Below, piece by piece: positions 8,670 through 19,335 of a stretch of 47,405 bases of DNA. The position numbers and the translations under genes were made by a program. Source of the DNA: an uncultured Gammaproteobacteria bacterium (GTDB lineage Bacteria > Patescibacteriota > Patescibacteriia > Magasanikbacterales > UBA922). How positions within the stretch are numbered: the first letter of the stretch is position 1; each line of letters begins with the position of its first letter. The notes under the pieces are model-generated. The model made no database searches and was not told where the DNA came from. It saw nothing but the letters and a program-made list of their open reading frames with translations. The stretch lies in contig CAZFKS010000001.1 in assembly GCA_964519725.1 (NCBI GenBank), forward strand, positions 1-47,405, in the 5' to 3' direction.

Positions 8670-11204
8670 TTAGAAATTAGCTAACGCCCACTTGGCGAGG
8701 CGATCAGGCTCTGAGTATTTTTTGGCATAGTCTGGATTACCTAAGGTTAGCACAAAAAACTCAGCTCCGTCACTAGGCCGGCGAATAAGCATGGCCAAGT
8801 TAAAACCAGACTCATTCAAAAAACCGGTTTTAGTAGCCTCAATAGTGTAGGGCAAATCACTTAAAAGTAGGCGATTACTATTGTAATCACTATGAGTGAT
8901 TTGTTTGTCGACTGAAGAAATTTCGTCATAACTATAACTTGGAATTGCCAAATATTGTTTGAGGGTTGGATTTTGAACCGCGCTCAAAAATATTTTTTCA
9001 TATTCACGGGCTGTACTTTGGTTGTTTTGATTGTAACCATGTGGATCGTAAAATTTAGTGCGGGTCAGGCCTAAATTTGCTACCTCAGTATTCATTTGAT
9101 TGACAAATTCAGCGGGCGTGTAACCAACTGCGTCCACCAACATCATAGCCGCTTGGTTGAATGAAGAGGCGAGTAAACCAGTTAAAATATCTTTGTTATA
9201 CAGTACATCACCTTCAACAACTGGAAATGGGTTGCCATCAGCCGGTGCGCGATGCTTGGCACTGTCATAACTAGTCGCTAAATCTAAATTTAAATTATCT
9301 TTAAATAAAACCGCACCAGTTAAAACTTTGGTGAGTGAAGCGAGTGGACGCGGTGTATCGATATTTTTTCCAGCCACAATTTCACTGCTGCTGCCGTTTA
9401 CGCGCGCGACTAAATAACTGTCTAAATCTGTGGTAAAAGTTGGGCCAATATAACTAACACTAGTGGTTGGTGTAGCGTACATGCGGCCAACTTCTTTAAA
9501 GTTTAGGGGACTGGCGGCCGCTAAATTAATGTACTCATATTTTGGGGCAACGGAAACCGGAGTGGTGGCTGCTTGGTTTGCAATTTTGTTGAGCGCCGCG
9601 CGGGTGTTAGTGCCAACATAGCCAACCGCACTTAATTTATTCGCAGTTTGAAATTTTTTGACTGCGGCTGTTGTGGCTGGGCCATAATTACCATTTGGTT
9701 TATCGGTTAAGTAGCCCAGTCTGTAGAGTAAATTTTGTAAAGCTAAAACTTCACTATTATTTGCACCTGGATTTAAATTTTTAGTAAAAGTAATTTTAGC
9801 TGTGCTTAGCTCAAGTGAACCAGTTAATTTAACTGTGCTGGTACTTACGTCACCAGGGTCAAAGTTTACGGCCTCACCAGTAGGGTGTTGCTCGAGGGTT
9901 AAATCATCAGCCCACAGCACGTTTTTCCACTGGTAACCAAGTCCCAAAAAGGCTGTTTCAGTGGGAATTAAACGTTTTTTTCCTTTTTCAATAACATACA
10001 CGCTTTTGGTTAATTTAGAACCTACCAAAGTCGCGTCAGGGAATAGAAGTGCGCCCAGCGGATTAAGAGTGGCAAATTCTTCTGGTTTCATTGTAGTTGC
10101 TTTCACACCCGGAAAACGCGCCTCAGCAATGGCTGGATCTGATAAACTGTAGTAGCCATTATCTTTCAAATAATAAAGTGAAGAGCCAACTTTAACGAGT
10201 CGGCCAGTCACATTTATACTGGCTAAATTAATTGGGTCGCCAATCGTGTAACCTTCTAAATCCATTGGCAGGGCAGTAGTAATTTCATCTTCATCATACC
10301 CAAGTTTTCGAACCAAGTCGCTATCAGCAAATGGGCGAGCCGTATCATAATCAAGTAAATAATATTGCGCGCCAATTCGTAAAATTGAAAAATTGCGGAA
10401 CGCCAGGGCTGGACCAGTTGGATATTTATCGAGCTCAGCATCACTCGTGGTTACGAGTAATTTAATATTAAAACGTGAATTTAATACTGACAAACTTTTA
10501 ATGGGTCGCTTTTGACCATTAATTAACGCGTAAATCAGTGGACTGCTGCTATTTTTTAAAAGCGTACCATCAGGATAAGATGAGGCAAACCAAGCGCTCC
10601 AGAGTTTGGCAAAATTGGCATTACCATGAAGGTGTGGAGTATAGGTGTATAAAAATGCGGTCGCATTATTTTCTGGAACCACGGTTTGGTTATCAATTTG
10701 CAGGGTTTGCCCAGCCCGTTTGATCCAATTTTGCGTGGAAACATTGTCATAGTACCAGCGCATAATTCCAGCTGCACCATCAACTTGTTTGCCAAACCCC
10801 ATATATTTGGTGAGCCGCGGATCAGTAGTATCGCAACTATCGCAAGCACCATAACCTGTGGCCCAATTTAACTGGCGTTCAGTTGGGTTTTTACTGGTAA
10901 TTAAACTTTGTTCTTTTTGAAGTTTTACCAAAAGATATTTTGGGTTGATTTGATACTCTTGGCTGGCTTTATAAATAATGTCACTCACGTAGCGATTTTT
11001 ACCTTCATAATCAGGCACAATTAAATCAGTCAGGGCACTGTTCCGGTTTTCCAAAAAAGCGCGAATTTCGCTTTTACCCAGCGAGTTGTAATCTTGCAGT
11101 TCAGCGTCAGTTAAAATATTATTCGGGTTAAAATCCGCGGCCAAAGTACTGGCTGGAATGAGGCCTAGGGAGAACAAAAATAATAGGGTTTTTAGGTTTC
11201 TCAT
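8670..11204 (-). CDS. secreted D-alanyl-D-alanine carboxypeptidase (S11-like) with a PG_binding_1 domain and a large N-terminal domain
   Basis: Signal peptide MRNLKTLLFLFSLGLIPASTLA. PG-binding repeat LQNLLYRLGYL...YGPATTAAVKKFQ. SxxK motif ASLTKVLT. Start set at the ATG at 11204, 8 nt downstream of TGgTATACT. Confidence 0.75.
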   Translation of the reverse strand: MRNLKTLLFLFSLGLIPASTLAADFNPNNILTDAELQDYNSLGKSEIRAFLENRNSALTDLIVPDYEGKNRYVSDIIYKASQEYQINPKYLLVKLQKEQSLITSKNPTERQLNWATGYGACDSCDTTDPRLTKYMGFGKQVDGAAGIMRWYYDNVSTQNWIKRAGQTLQIDNQTVVPENNATAFLYTYTPHLHGNANFAKLWSAWFASSYPDGTLLKNSSSPLIYALINGQKRPIKSLSVLNSRFNIKLLVTTSDAELDKYPTGPALAFRNFSILRIGAQYYLLDYDTARPFADSDLVRKLGYDEDEITTALPMDLEGYTIGDPINLASINVTGRLVKVGSSLYYLKDNGYYSLSDPAIAEARFPGVKATTMKPEEFATLNPLGALLFPDATLVGSKLTKSVYVIEKGKKRLIPTETAFLGLGYQWKNVLWADDLTLEQHPTGEAVNFDPGDVSTSTVKLTGSLELSTAKITFTKNLNPGANNSEVLALQNLLYRLGYLTDKPNGNYGPATTAAVKKFQTANKLSAVGYVGTNTRAALNKIANQAATTPVSVAPKYEYINLAAASPLNFKEVGRMYATPTTSVSYIGPTFTTDLDSYLVARVNGSSSEIVAGKNIDTPRPLASLTKVLTGAVLFKDNLNLDLATSYDSAKHRAPADGNPFPVVEGDVLYNKDILTGLLASSFNQAAMMLVDAVGYTPAEFVNQMNTEVANLGLTRTKFYDPHGYNQNNQSTAREYEKIFLSAVQNPTLKQYLAIPSYSYDEISSVDKQITHSDYNSNRLLLSDLPYTIEATKTGFLNESGFNLAMLIRRPSDGAEFFVLTLGNPDYAKKYSEPDRLAKWALANF

Positions 11205-11212
11205 AGAGCCTA

Positions 11213-11221
11213 AGTATACCA
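11213..11221 (-). promoter_or_regulatory. extended -10 promoter (TGgTATACT) of the carboxypeptidase gene
   Basis: Minus strand reads TGGTATACT, then 8 nt, then ATG (11204). No good -35 is present, which is consistent with an extended -10. Confidence 0.45.
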
Positions 11222-11249
11222 TAAAACAAAACCAACCGACCCCCTCGCC

Positions 11250-11278
11250 TTGTTTTTTTGGCTCATTTAAGCTAAAGT
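11250..11278 (+). promoter_or_regulatory. promoter of rsmI operon (TTGTTT-17-TAAAGT), leaderless geometry
   Basis: The hexamers are spaced 17 nt apart. The ATG at 11288 lies 9 nt after the -10. Confidence 0.5.
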
Positions 11279-11287
11279 ATTTATATT

Positions 11288-11956
11288 ATGCCATTATTTA
11301 TCGTGGCCACGCCGATTGGAAACCTAGGGGACATTTCGCCCCGAGCTTTAGATTGCCTCAAAACTGCGGACATGGTTTTGTGCGAAGACACGCGCCAGAC
11401 CAGCAAACTTTTGCACCATTACCAGATAAAAGTGACCACCATGAGCTACCACCAGCACAGTACGGCTAGCCGGGTGCAGGAAATTCGTGAATTACTAAAT
11501 GAAAACAAAAATATTGCTCTAGTTAGTGACGCTGGCACACCTGGAATTAGTGACCCAGGCAATAAATTAATTGCTGACCTCACGGCTCAGGATCCAGAGT
11601 TAGTAATTTCACCTTTGCCTGGCGCCTCAGCTATGATCAGTGCCTTATCAGTGTCTGGGTTTCCGACTGATAAATTTTTATTTTTAGGTTTTCCACCCCA
11701 CAAAAAAGGCCGCCAAACTTTTTTCCGGGAATTGGCCGCACAAGAAGTTACGACTGTGTTTTACGAGTCTAGCCATCGGATTGAAAAATGCTTGCAAGAA
11801 TTGGGGAGCGTGTTAGAATCAGATCGGCCGGTCATGATTGCCCGTGAACTGACCAAACAGTTTGAAAGTATTTACCGCGGGACAATTAGCGAGATTATAA
11901 ATAAAAAAATCCCGCCAAAAGGCGAGTTTGTAGTAATTGTAAGAGGAAAAAAATAA
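11288..11956 (+). CDS. rsmI: 16S rRNA (cytidine1402-2'-O)-methyltransferase
   Basis: LFIVATPIGNLGDISPRAL, CEDTRQT and SDAGTPGISDPG, the tetrapyrrole-methylase-fold RsmI motifs. Confidence 0.9.
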   Translation: MPLFIVATPIGNLGDISPRALDCLKTADMVLCEDTRQTSKLLHHYQIKVTTMSYHQHSTASRVQEIRELLNENKNIALVSDAGTPGISDPGNKLIADLTAQDPELVISPLPGASAMISALSVSGFPTDKFLFLGFPPHKKGRQTFFRELAAQEVTTVFYESSHRIEKCLQELGSVLESDRPVMIARELTKQFESIYRGTISEIINKKIPPKGEFVVIVRGKK

Positions 11957-11960
11957 ATGT

Positions 11961-13460
11961 ATGTCTAACTATTACCTAACCACCACGCTGCCGTATGTCA
12001 ACGCTGACCCGCATATTGGTTTTGCACTGGAAATTATTCAGGCTGATGTTTTGGCGCGCTACCAGCGGTTGTTAGGTAATACGGTTATTTTCAACACTGG
12101 GACAGACGAACATGGCCTGAAAATTTGGCGGAAAGCCCTGGAGCAAGAAATTAATCCACAAGCGTACTGTGATGAATATGCAGCTAGATTTAGTGCGCTA
12201 AAAGATGCCCTGAATTTAAGCTACACCCATTTTATTCGCACCACTGACCCAGAGCACAAAGCTGCAGCCCAGGAATTTTGGCGCCGGTGTGATGCGAATG
12301 GTTTTATTTACAAAAAACAATATCAAGTAAAATATTGTGTTGGTTGTGAATTAGAAAAAACTGATTCGGAATTAGTTGATGGTCGCTGTCCAATTCACCC
12401 AAAACTCGACATTGAATTTATTGAAGAGGAAAATTATTTTTTCAAGTTTTCTGCGTTCCAAGATAAGCTGTTGAAATTGTATGCGAGTAATCCAGAATTT
12501 GTGGTCCCAGCGAATCGTCAGGAAGAAATTAAAAAATTTGTTGAGCGCGGGCTGGAAGATTTTTCCATTTCTCGCCTCAAAGCCAAAATGCCGTGGGGCG
12601 TGCCCGTGCCTGGTGATGACGACCAAGTGATGTACGTCTGGTTTGATGCTCTGGTTAACTATATTTCTACGCTTGGTTGGCCAGGAAAAGGTGATTATGA
12701 AAATTTTTGGCCAGGCGTGCAAGTGGCAGGCAAAGATAATTTGCGCCAGCAATCTTCAATGTGGCAAGCCATGCTCATGGCCGCGGATTTGCCAACTTCC
12801 AAACAAATTTTTATTCACGGTTTTATTACAGTGAATGGTCAAAAAATTAGTAAATCACTCGGCAATGTAATTAATCCAATTGATTTGGTGCAAGAATTTG
12901 GGACTGACGCGGTGCGGTATTATTTGCTTGGCGCTTTGCCGGCCCATGAAGACGGGGATTATTCTCGGGAAAAATTTACTGAGTATTACACTGCGCACCT
13001 GGCCAATGGGATTGGAAATTTAACCTCACGTGTTTTGACCATGATTGAAAAATACGCTGATAATAGATGCCCAGCTGAAGCCGATGATATTTTTGAGGTA
13101 AAAACATTTTGGCAAAATTATGCAGCCGCAATTGGTGAGTATAAGTTTGATGATTTAATTAAAAATATTAACGAACTCGTCGCTAGAATTGATGGTGTGA
13201 TTTCCCAAGAAAAACCTTGGGAAAAAGCCAAAGCTGGCATTGATATCCAGCCACTGTTGTACCAAGTGACTGAAGGGTTGGCACACTTGGCCTTGGCCCT
13301 GTACCCAGTAATTCCTCGCGCGGCCGAAAAGATTTTATTGCAGCTTGGACTTGATCCACAAACAGCAACTATCAACAACCTCAAGTGGGGGGTGTTAAAA
13401 GAAGGTGCTATACTGAAAAAAGGTGAGCCACTTTTTCCTCGGCTGACCACAACTTCTTAA
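11961..13460 (+). CDS. metG: methionine--tRNA ligase (short form)
   Basis: HIGH-type PYVNADPHIGF, zinc knuckle CVGCE...CPIH, and KISKSLGN (KMSKS). Confidence 0.93.
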   Translation: MSNYYLTTTLPYVNADPHIGFALEIIQADVLARYQRLLGNTVIFNTGTDEHGLKIWRKALEQEINPQAYCDEYAARFSALKDALNLSYTHFIRTTDPEHKAAAQEFWRRCDANGFIYKKQYQVKYCVGCELEKTDSELVDGRCPIHPKLDIEFIEEENYFFKFSAFQDKLLKLYASNPEFVVPANRQEEIKKFVERGLEDFSISRLKAKMPWGVPVPGDDDQVMYVWFDALVNYISTLGWPGKGDYENFWPGVQVAGKDNLRQQSSMWQAMLMAADLPTSKQIFIHGFITVNGQKISKSLGNVINPIDLVQEFGTDAVRYYLLGALPAHEDGDYSREKFTEYYTAHLANGIGNLTSRVLTMIEKYADNRCPAEADDIFEVKTFWQNYAAAIGEYKFDDLIKNINELVARIDGVISQEKPWEKAKAGIDIQPLLYQVTEGLAHLALALYPVIPRAAEKILLQLGLDPQTATINNLKWGVLKEGAILKKGEPLFPRLTTTS

Positions 13461-13463
13461 TCT

Positions 13464-14000
13464 ATGTCCTGGTTTGACCTGTCGCTCGCTGTTATTATCG
13501 GCGGGTTTACGTTATTTGGTTTTTGGTTTGGGTTTGTACATACGGCCGGTTCCTTGCTTGGAACTTTGGCTGGTGCGTACGTTGCGAGTCGGTATTACGA
13601 AATGGCCGCGCAATGGCTAACGCATATCACTGGTTGGCAAGGGAATACGGCGCGTGTTATCATGTTTGTTTTAATTTTATTTGCGGTTAGTCGACTAATT
13701 GGCTTTTTGTTTTTTATTGTTGATAAATTTTTATCATTTTTGACTAATTTACCGTTTATTAGTTCACTCAATCGCGTGCTCGGCGCAGCGCTTGGGTTTT
13801 TGGAAGGGGTGATGACGCTTGGATTATTTTTATTTTTTGTTGAGCGCTTTCCAGTCTCAGAAAAATTTATGATCATGGTCGCTGAGTCAGAACTAGCGCC
13901 AAAATTACGAGCGGTAGCAGATGTGTTTATTCCGCTGTTACCTGAAGCATTAAAATTATTGCAGTCAACGATTGATTACGTAAACCACAAGTTTATTTAA
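13464..14000 (+). CDS. CvpA-family membrane protein
   Basis: 178 aa with four TM segments and an N-terminus of the typical CvpA form (WFDLSLAVIIGGF...). Confidence 0.65.
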   Translation: MSWFDLSLAVIIGGFTLFGFWFGFVHTAGSLLGTLAGAYVASRYYEMAAQWLTHITGWQGNTARVIMFVLILFAVSRLIGFLFFIVDKFLSFLTNLPFISSLNRVLGAALGFLEGVMTLGLFLFFVERFPVSEKFMIMVAESELAPKLRAVADVFIPLLPEALKLLQSTIDYVNHKFI

Positions 14001-14043
14001 TTTGAAAAAATGAGGCCCCGAAACGCATCTGCAAACTAAGATT

Positions 14044-14072
14044 TTGTGCTGTCTAAAAGAAAGGGTTATACT
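14044..14072 (+). promoter_or_regulatory. promoter of tatD (TTGTGC-17-TATACT), leaderless geometry
   Basis: The ATG at 14081 is 8 nt after the -10. Confidence 0.5.
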
Positions 14073-14080
14073 TGAGCCCT

Positions 14081-14932
14081 ATGATTATTGATACCCACTG
14101 CCACATTCAATTTAAGGGTCAGGACACTGACCGCACGGAAATTATCAAACGCTCGCGCGCCCGCGGGATTATTTTTAATTTGGTGGGAACCCAAAAAGAC
14201 ACTAGTAAAAAGGGTGTTCTGCTCGCCATGGAAAATGATGACATGTACGCTAGTCTTGGCACTCACCCAAATCATTTATTTCCCACTCACATTGATGAAG
14301 AAGAAAGCCACTTCCTGTCACGCGAAGAGGATTTTGATGAAGCGTATTACGAAGAAGTTTTTAATTTAGCACCCGAAAAAGTAATTGGGGTCGGGGAATG
14401 TGGCTTGGATTTATTTCATTTGCCGCCTGATGTTTCTGTAGAAAAAGTTTTAGAAAAACAAAAATTGGTTTTTAAAAAACACGTGCAGTTTGCGATCAAA
14501 CATGATTTACCACTCGTGATTCATGTTCGTGACGCTCATGATCACATGATAAAACTTTTAAAAGAAATTGAACTGCCCGCTCGGCGCGGTACAATTCACT
14601 GTTACACTGGCAACTGGGCTGATGCGCAGGAATATTTAAAACTTGGATTTTACTTAGGTTTTACGGGCGTAATAACTTTTCCAGTTAAAAAAACTAATCC
14701 AGCACAGCAAGAATCTCTGTGGGAAGTAATTCAAAAAATGCCTGAAGATCGGATTTTGGTGGAAACTGATGCCCCGTATTTGGCCCCACAAAAATATCGG
14801 GGTGAGCGTTGTGAGCCGTGGATGACTGAAGAGAATGTTATGAAAATTGCTGCACTGCGCGGTAAACCTGCCGCTGAAATGGAAGAGATTATTTTTGCCA
14901 ATACAAAGCGGTTGTTTAATAAGATTAAGTGA
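14081..14932 (+). CDS. tatD: TatD-family metal-dependent hydrolase/DNase
   Basis: MIIDTHCH, GECGLD, VIHVRDA and ETDAPYL. Start moved from the track's TTG (14072) to the ATG at 14081. Confidence 0.88.
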   Translation: MIIDTHCHIQFKGQDTDRTEIIKRSRARGIIFNLVGTQKDTSKKGVLLAMENDDMYASLGTHPNHLFPTHIDEEESHFLSREEDFDEAYYEEVFNLAPEKVIGVGECGLDLFHLPPDVSVEKVLEKQKLVFKKHVQFAIKHDLPLVIHVRDAHDHMIKLLKEIELPARRGTIHCYTGNWADAQEYLKLGFYLGFTGVITFPVKKTNPAQQESLWEVIQKMPEDRILVETDAPYLAPQKYRGERCEPWMTEENVMKIAALRGKPAAEMEEIIFANTKRLFNKIK

Positions 14933-14955
14933 TTTTTACCGCCTCAGCTCAACTA

Positions 14956-14989
14956 AAAAAGCCCGGCAATTTGCTGGGCTTTTTCTTTT
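14956..14989. terminator. bidirectional intrinsic terminator
   Basis: An A-run, then GCCCGGCA-att-TGCTGGGC (8-bp stem with one G:U), then a T-run. Placed between tatD (+) and the small minus-strand ORF. Confidence 0.7.
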
Positions 14990-15179
14990 AGAAACTTAGA
15001 CGGCAGGAGGCTGAAACACTGCCGCGCTTGTCAAAAGAACAAGCGGATGATTGAGATCACGAATATCGCGATGATTATCGTGGTCACGATCGGGCCTGGT
15101 TGCGGTGGCGCGGGACGGCGCCGACGGTAAGCCATACGGCCTCCTTTCTGGAGCAGTTTCAGCCCCGTCTAAATTTCTA
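14989..15179. repeat. G+C-rich about 190-bp element bounded by imperfect 27/34-bp inverted repeats
   Basis: Left arm 14989-15022 is TAGAAACTTAGACGG[CAGGA]GGCTGAAAC[A]CTGC. The reverse complement of 15153-15179 is TAGAAATTTAGACGG-GGCTGAAA-CTGC. Each arm ends in TA. Confidence 0.6.
15031..15135 (-). CDS. candidate 34-aa small membrane peptide MAYRRRRPAPPQPGPIVTTIIIAIFVISIIRLFF
   Basis: AAGGAGG (15140-15146) lies 4 nt upstream of the ATG at 15135. The peptide has an Arg/Pro-rich head and one TM helix. 24 of 34 codons end in G/C (Ile is ATC x6, ATA x2, ATT x0). This is a different frame from the 62-aa track ORF. Confidence 0.45.
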   Translation of the reverse strand: MAYRRRRPAPPQPGPIVTTIIIAIFVISIIRLFF

Positions 15180-15214
15180 TACACTGTGACTAAACTTTTT
15201 TACCATATATTAGC

Positions 15215-15243
15215 TTGTTTTTCAATACTAAACCACCTATAAT
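15215..15243 (+). promoter_or_regulatory. promoter of ligA (TTGTTT-17-TATAAT)
   Basis: Consensus -10 at 15238-15243, 19 nt upstream of the ATG at 15263. Confidence 0.5.
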
Positions 15244-15247
15244 TTAG

Positions 15248-17293
<2,046 letters not shown>

Positions 17294-17294
17294 T

Positions 17295-17525
17295 TTGAGT
17301 GAGATGGGGTACGGCAGCAGCGACCCCATTAACCAGTTGGGGCGCCGGGACTAGAAGCAGAGTGAGCTACAGTCCAGCAACGATTGGACGAGCCTCCTGT
17401 TGTTGAAGAAAAGACAATCGTTGTCGTTAATAGAGTGCTGCTGCCGTTGGGCAAGAGCCAGTGAGTGGAACTCTCCGACTCGGTCAGGATTCTGCCTTAA
17501 TGGCGTCCTCAGCCTGACCGAGACG
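17295..17525. ncRNA. candidate structured RNA of unknown class (G+C-rich non-coding islet between ligA and gatC)
   Basis: 123 of 220 nt are G+C over 17301-17520. No SD-led ORF on either strand. Perfect long-range 11-bp helix 17311-17321/17437-17447 encloses three hairpins. A separate 10-bp hairpin spans 17479-17488/17513-17522. Confidence 0.4.
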
Positions 17526-17554
17526 AGTATACTCTAACTATAGCCAAAAATCAA
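17526..17554 (-). promoter_or_regulatory. minus-strand promoter pointing into the G+C-rich islet (TTGATT-17-TATACT)
   Basis: Minus strand has TTGATT (17549-17554), a 17-nt spacer and TATACT (17526-17531). The predicted start falls at the base of the 10-bp hairpin. Confidence 0.4.
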
Positions 17555-17557
17555 GCC

Positions 17558-17586
17558 TTGTCAGCTACTAGTTTTTGGGCTAAACT
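17558..17586 (+). promoter_or_regulatory. promoter of gatCA (TTGTCA-17-TAAACT), leaderless geometry
   Basis: The ATG at 17597 is 10 nt after the -10. Confidence 0.5.
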
Positions 17587-17596
17587 AAAGTCAAAT

Positions 17597-17902
17597 ATGA
17601 AACTAACTATCTCCGATATTGAGCGGGTCGCCGAGTTAGCCCGTCTAGAACTTATTGATTCGGAAAAAGCCATGTATGCCGAGCAACTCAGCGCGGTTTT
17701 TTCGTATATGGACATGCTGAACTCAGTTGACACTGAGGGTGTGCCAGAAACCTGTCAGGTGACTGGTCTAGAAGACGTAGCGCGCCAAGATGTGGCCAAA
17801 CAAGCCGATTTAGAAGTGCGTAAAAAATTAATTGCGGCTTTCCCAGCCCAAGAAGCGAATTTGTTGAAAGTTCAAGCCGTTTTTAAAGAAGCGAAAAAAT
17901 AA
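17597..17902 (+). CDS. gatC: Asp/Glu-tRNA amidotransferase subunit C
   Basis: MKLTISDIERVAELARLEL...E and its position immediately upstream of gatA. Start trimmed to the ATG at 17597. Confidence 0.85.
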   Translation: MKLTISDIERVAELARLELIDSEKAMYAEQLSAVFSYMDMLNSVDTEGVPETCQVTGLEDVARQDVAKQADLEVRKKLIAAFPAQEANLLKVQAVFKEAKK

Positions 17903-17903
17903 T

Positions 17904-19334
17904 ATGAATCTGAATGAACTAACGATTGCCGAAGCGCGCGCTGGTCTCAATAGTAAAAAATTTACTTCAGTCGAATTAACTGAAGCGTGTTTGCAGCAAA
18001 TTGAAAAACGAAATTCAGAAATTAATGCGTTTATTTCTTTTGATCGCGCGTCAGCACTGGCTGAGGCAAAAAAAGCTGATGAATTAATTGCGGCTGGTAA
18101 AGCTGAACCCTTAACTGGAATTCCGTTTGCGGTCAAAGACGCGATTTGTACCGCTGATATGCGTTCCACTGCGGCCGCCAAAATTTTGGATAATTATGTC
18201 CCAGCCGTTGATGCAACCGTAATTAAAAAAATTCGCGCCCAAGGTGCAGTACTGCTCGGTAAAAATAATTGTGACACGTTTGGCCATGGGGCGAGTAATG
18301 AAAACTCAATGTACGGACCAGTTCGCAATCCGCATGATGCGACCAAAGTTGCGGGCGGATCTTCTGGTGGTTCAGCCGCGGCCGTGGCTGAACATGAAGC
18401 GATTTTTTCGATTGCTGAAGACACTGGTGGTTCAATTCGTCAGCCAGCCGCACTCTGTGGCATTGTTGGCCTGCGTCCAACCTATGGCCGCAATTCCCGC
18501 AGTGGAATTATGCCAATGGCCTCATCACTCGACACGGTTGGCCCAATGGCTAAAACTGTGGCTGATGTTGCGCTGCTCATGGAAATTATGGCTGGGCAAG
18601 ATGAACTTGATGCGACCACAGTTCCAGCGCCAGTTCCAAAATATACTGAAGAAATTACTAAATCAATTGCTGGTTTAAAAATTGGCGTGCCAAAAGAATA
18701 TTTTGAACTTGAGGGCATGGACCAAGAAACCAAAACTTTGGTGGAACGCAAAATGAAAGATTTAGAAAAACTCGGTGCAACTTTGGTCCCGGTTTCATTG
18801 CCTTACACCAAGTACGCAATTCCAGTGTATTACATTATTGTGCCAAGTGAAGACTCGTCAAATTTGGGGCGCATGGATGGGATTCGTTACGGCGTGCGTG
18901 CGAGTGGGGAAAATTTGTACCAAACGTACGCGGCTTCACGCGAACATGGTCTGCCAGCCGAAGTTAAACGCCGCATTATGATTGGTACGTACGCGCTCAG
19001 TGCTGGTTATTATGATGCCTATTACCGCAAAGCGCAGCGTGTTCGCACTTTAATTATTCAAGATTTTCAAAATGTTTTTCGTGAAGTTGATGCGCTCGTC
19101 ACCCCAACCTCACCATTTCCAGCCTTTGGTGTGGGTGAAAAAGCTGATGATGTGCTGGCCATGTATTTAGCTGATGTGTTTGTGAGTCCAGCCGCTGTGG
19201 CTGGCATTCCCGCACTCTCAATTCCAGCTGGTAAAACTGCGGCTGGTTTGCCAGTTGGGCTCCAGATTATTGGCCCGAGTCTGGCTGATGATTTAGTTTT
19301 AAGAATTGGTCACCAATTAGAAACCCTGTCCTAA
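17904..19334 (+). CDS. gatA: Asp/Glu-tRNA amidotransferase subunit A (amidase signature)
   Basis: GIPFAVKD and the amidase signature GGSSGGSAAAVA...DTGGSIRQPA. Confidence 0.95.
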   Translation: MNLNELTIAEARAGLNSKKFTSVELTEACLQQIEKRNSEINAFISFDRASALAEAKKADELIAAGKAEPLTGIPFAVKDAICTADMRSTAAAKILDNYVPAVDATVIKKIRAQGAVLLGKNNCDTFGHGASNENSMYGPVRNPHDATKVAGGSSGGSAAAVAEHEAIFSIAEDTGGSIRQPAALCGIVGLRPTYGRNSRSGIMPMASSLDTVGPMAKTVADVALLMEIMAGQDELDATTVPAPVPKYTEEITKSIAGLKIGVPKEYFELEGMDQETKTLVERKMKDLEKLGATLVPVSLPYTKYAIPVYYIIVPSEDSSNLGRMDGIRYGVRASGENLYQTYAASREHGLPAEVKRRIMIGTYALSAGYYDAYYRKAQRVRTLIIQDFQNVFREVDALVTPTSPFPAFGVGEKADDVLAMYLADVFVSPAAVAGIPALSIPAGKTAAGLPVGLQIIGPSLADDLVLRIGHQLETLS

Positions 19335-19335
19335 T

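Noticed and set aside
14996-15184. 62-aa minus-strand track ORF (MYRNLDGAET...)
   Set aside because: There is no SD upstream of its ATG, and it would begin within the inverted-repeat arm. The alternative frame, with AAGGAGG-N4-ATG giving a coherent 34-aa TM peptide, is preferred.
17295-17525. Known RNA classes (RNase P, tmRNA, SRP/4.5S, 6S, T-box) and mini-ORFs of 9-16 codons in the ligA-gatC islet
   Set aside because: I found no GAGGAAAGUCC-type RNase P core, no tRNA-like end or tag ORF, no GGAA-tetraloop SRP domain IV (only a loose GUCAGG...AUUAAG resemblance on the minus strand) and no T-box sequence. The mini-ORFs lack properly spaced SDs; AGGAGG is 12 nt from the only TTG, which opens a 9-codon frame.
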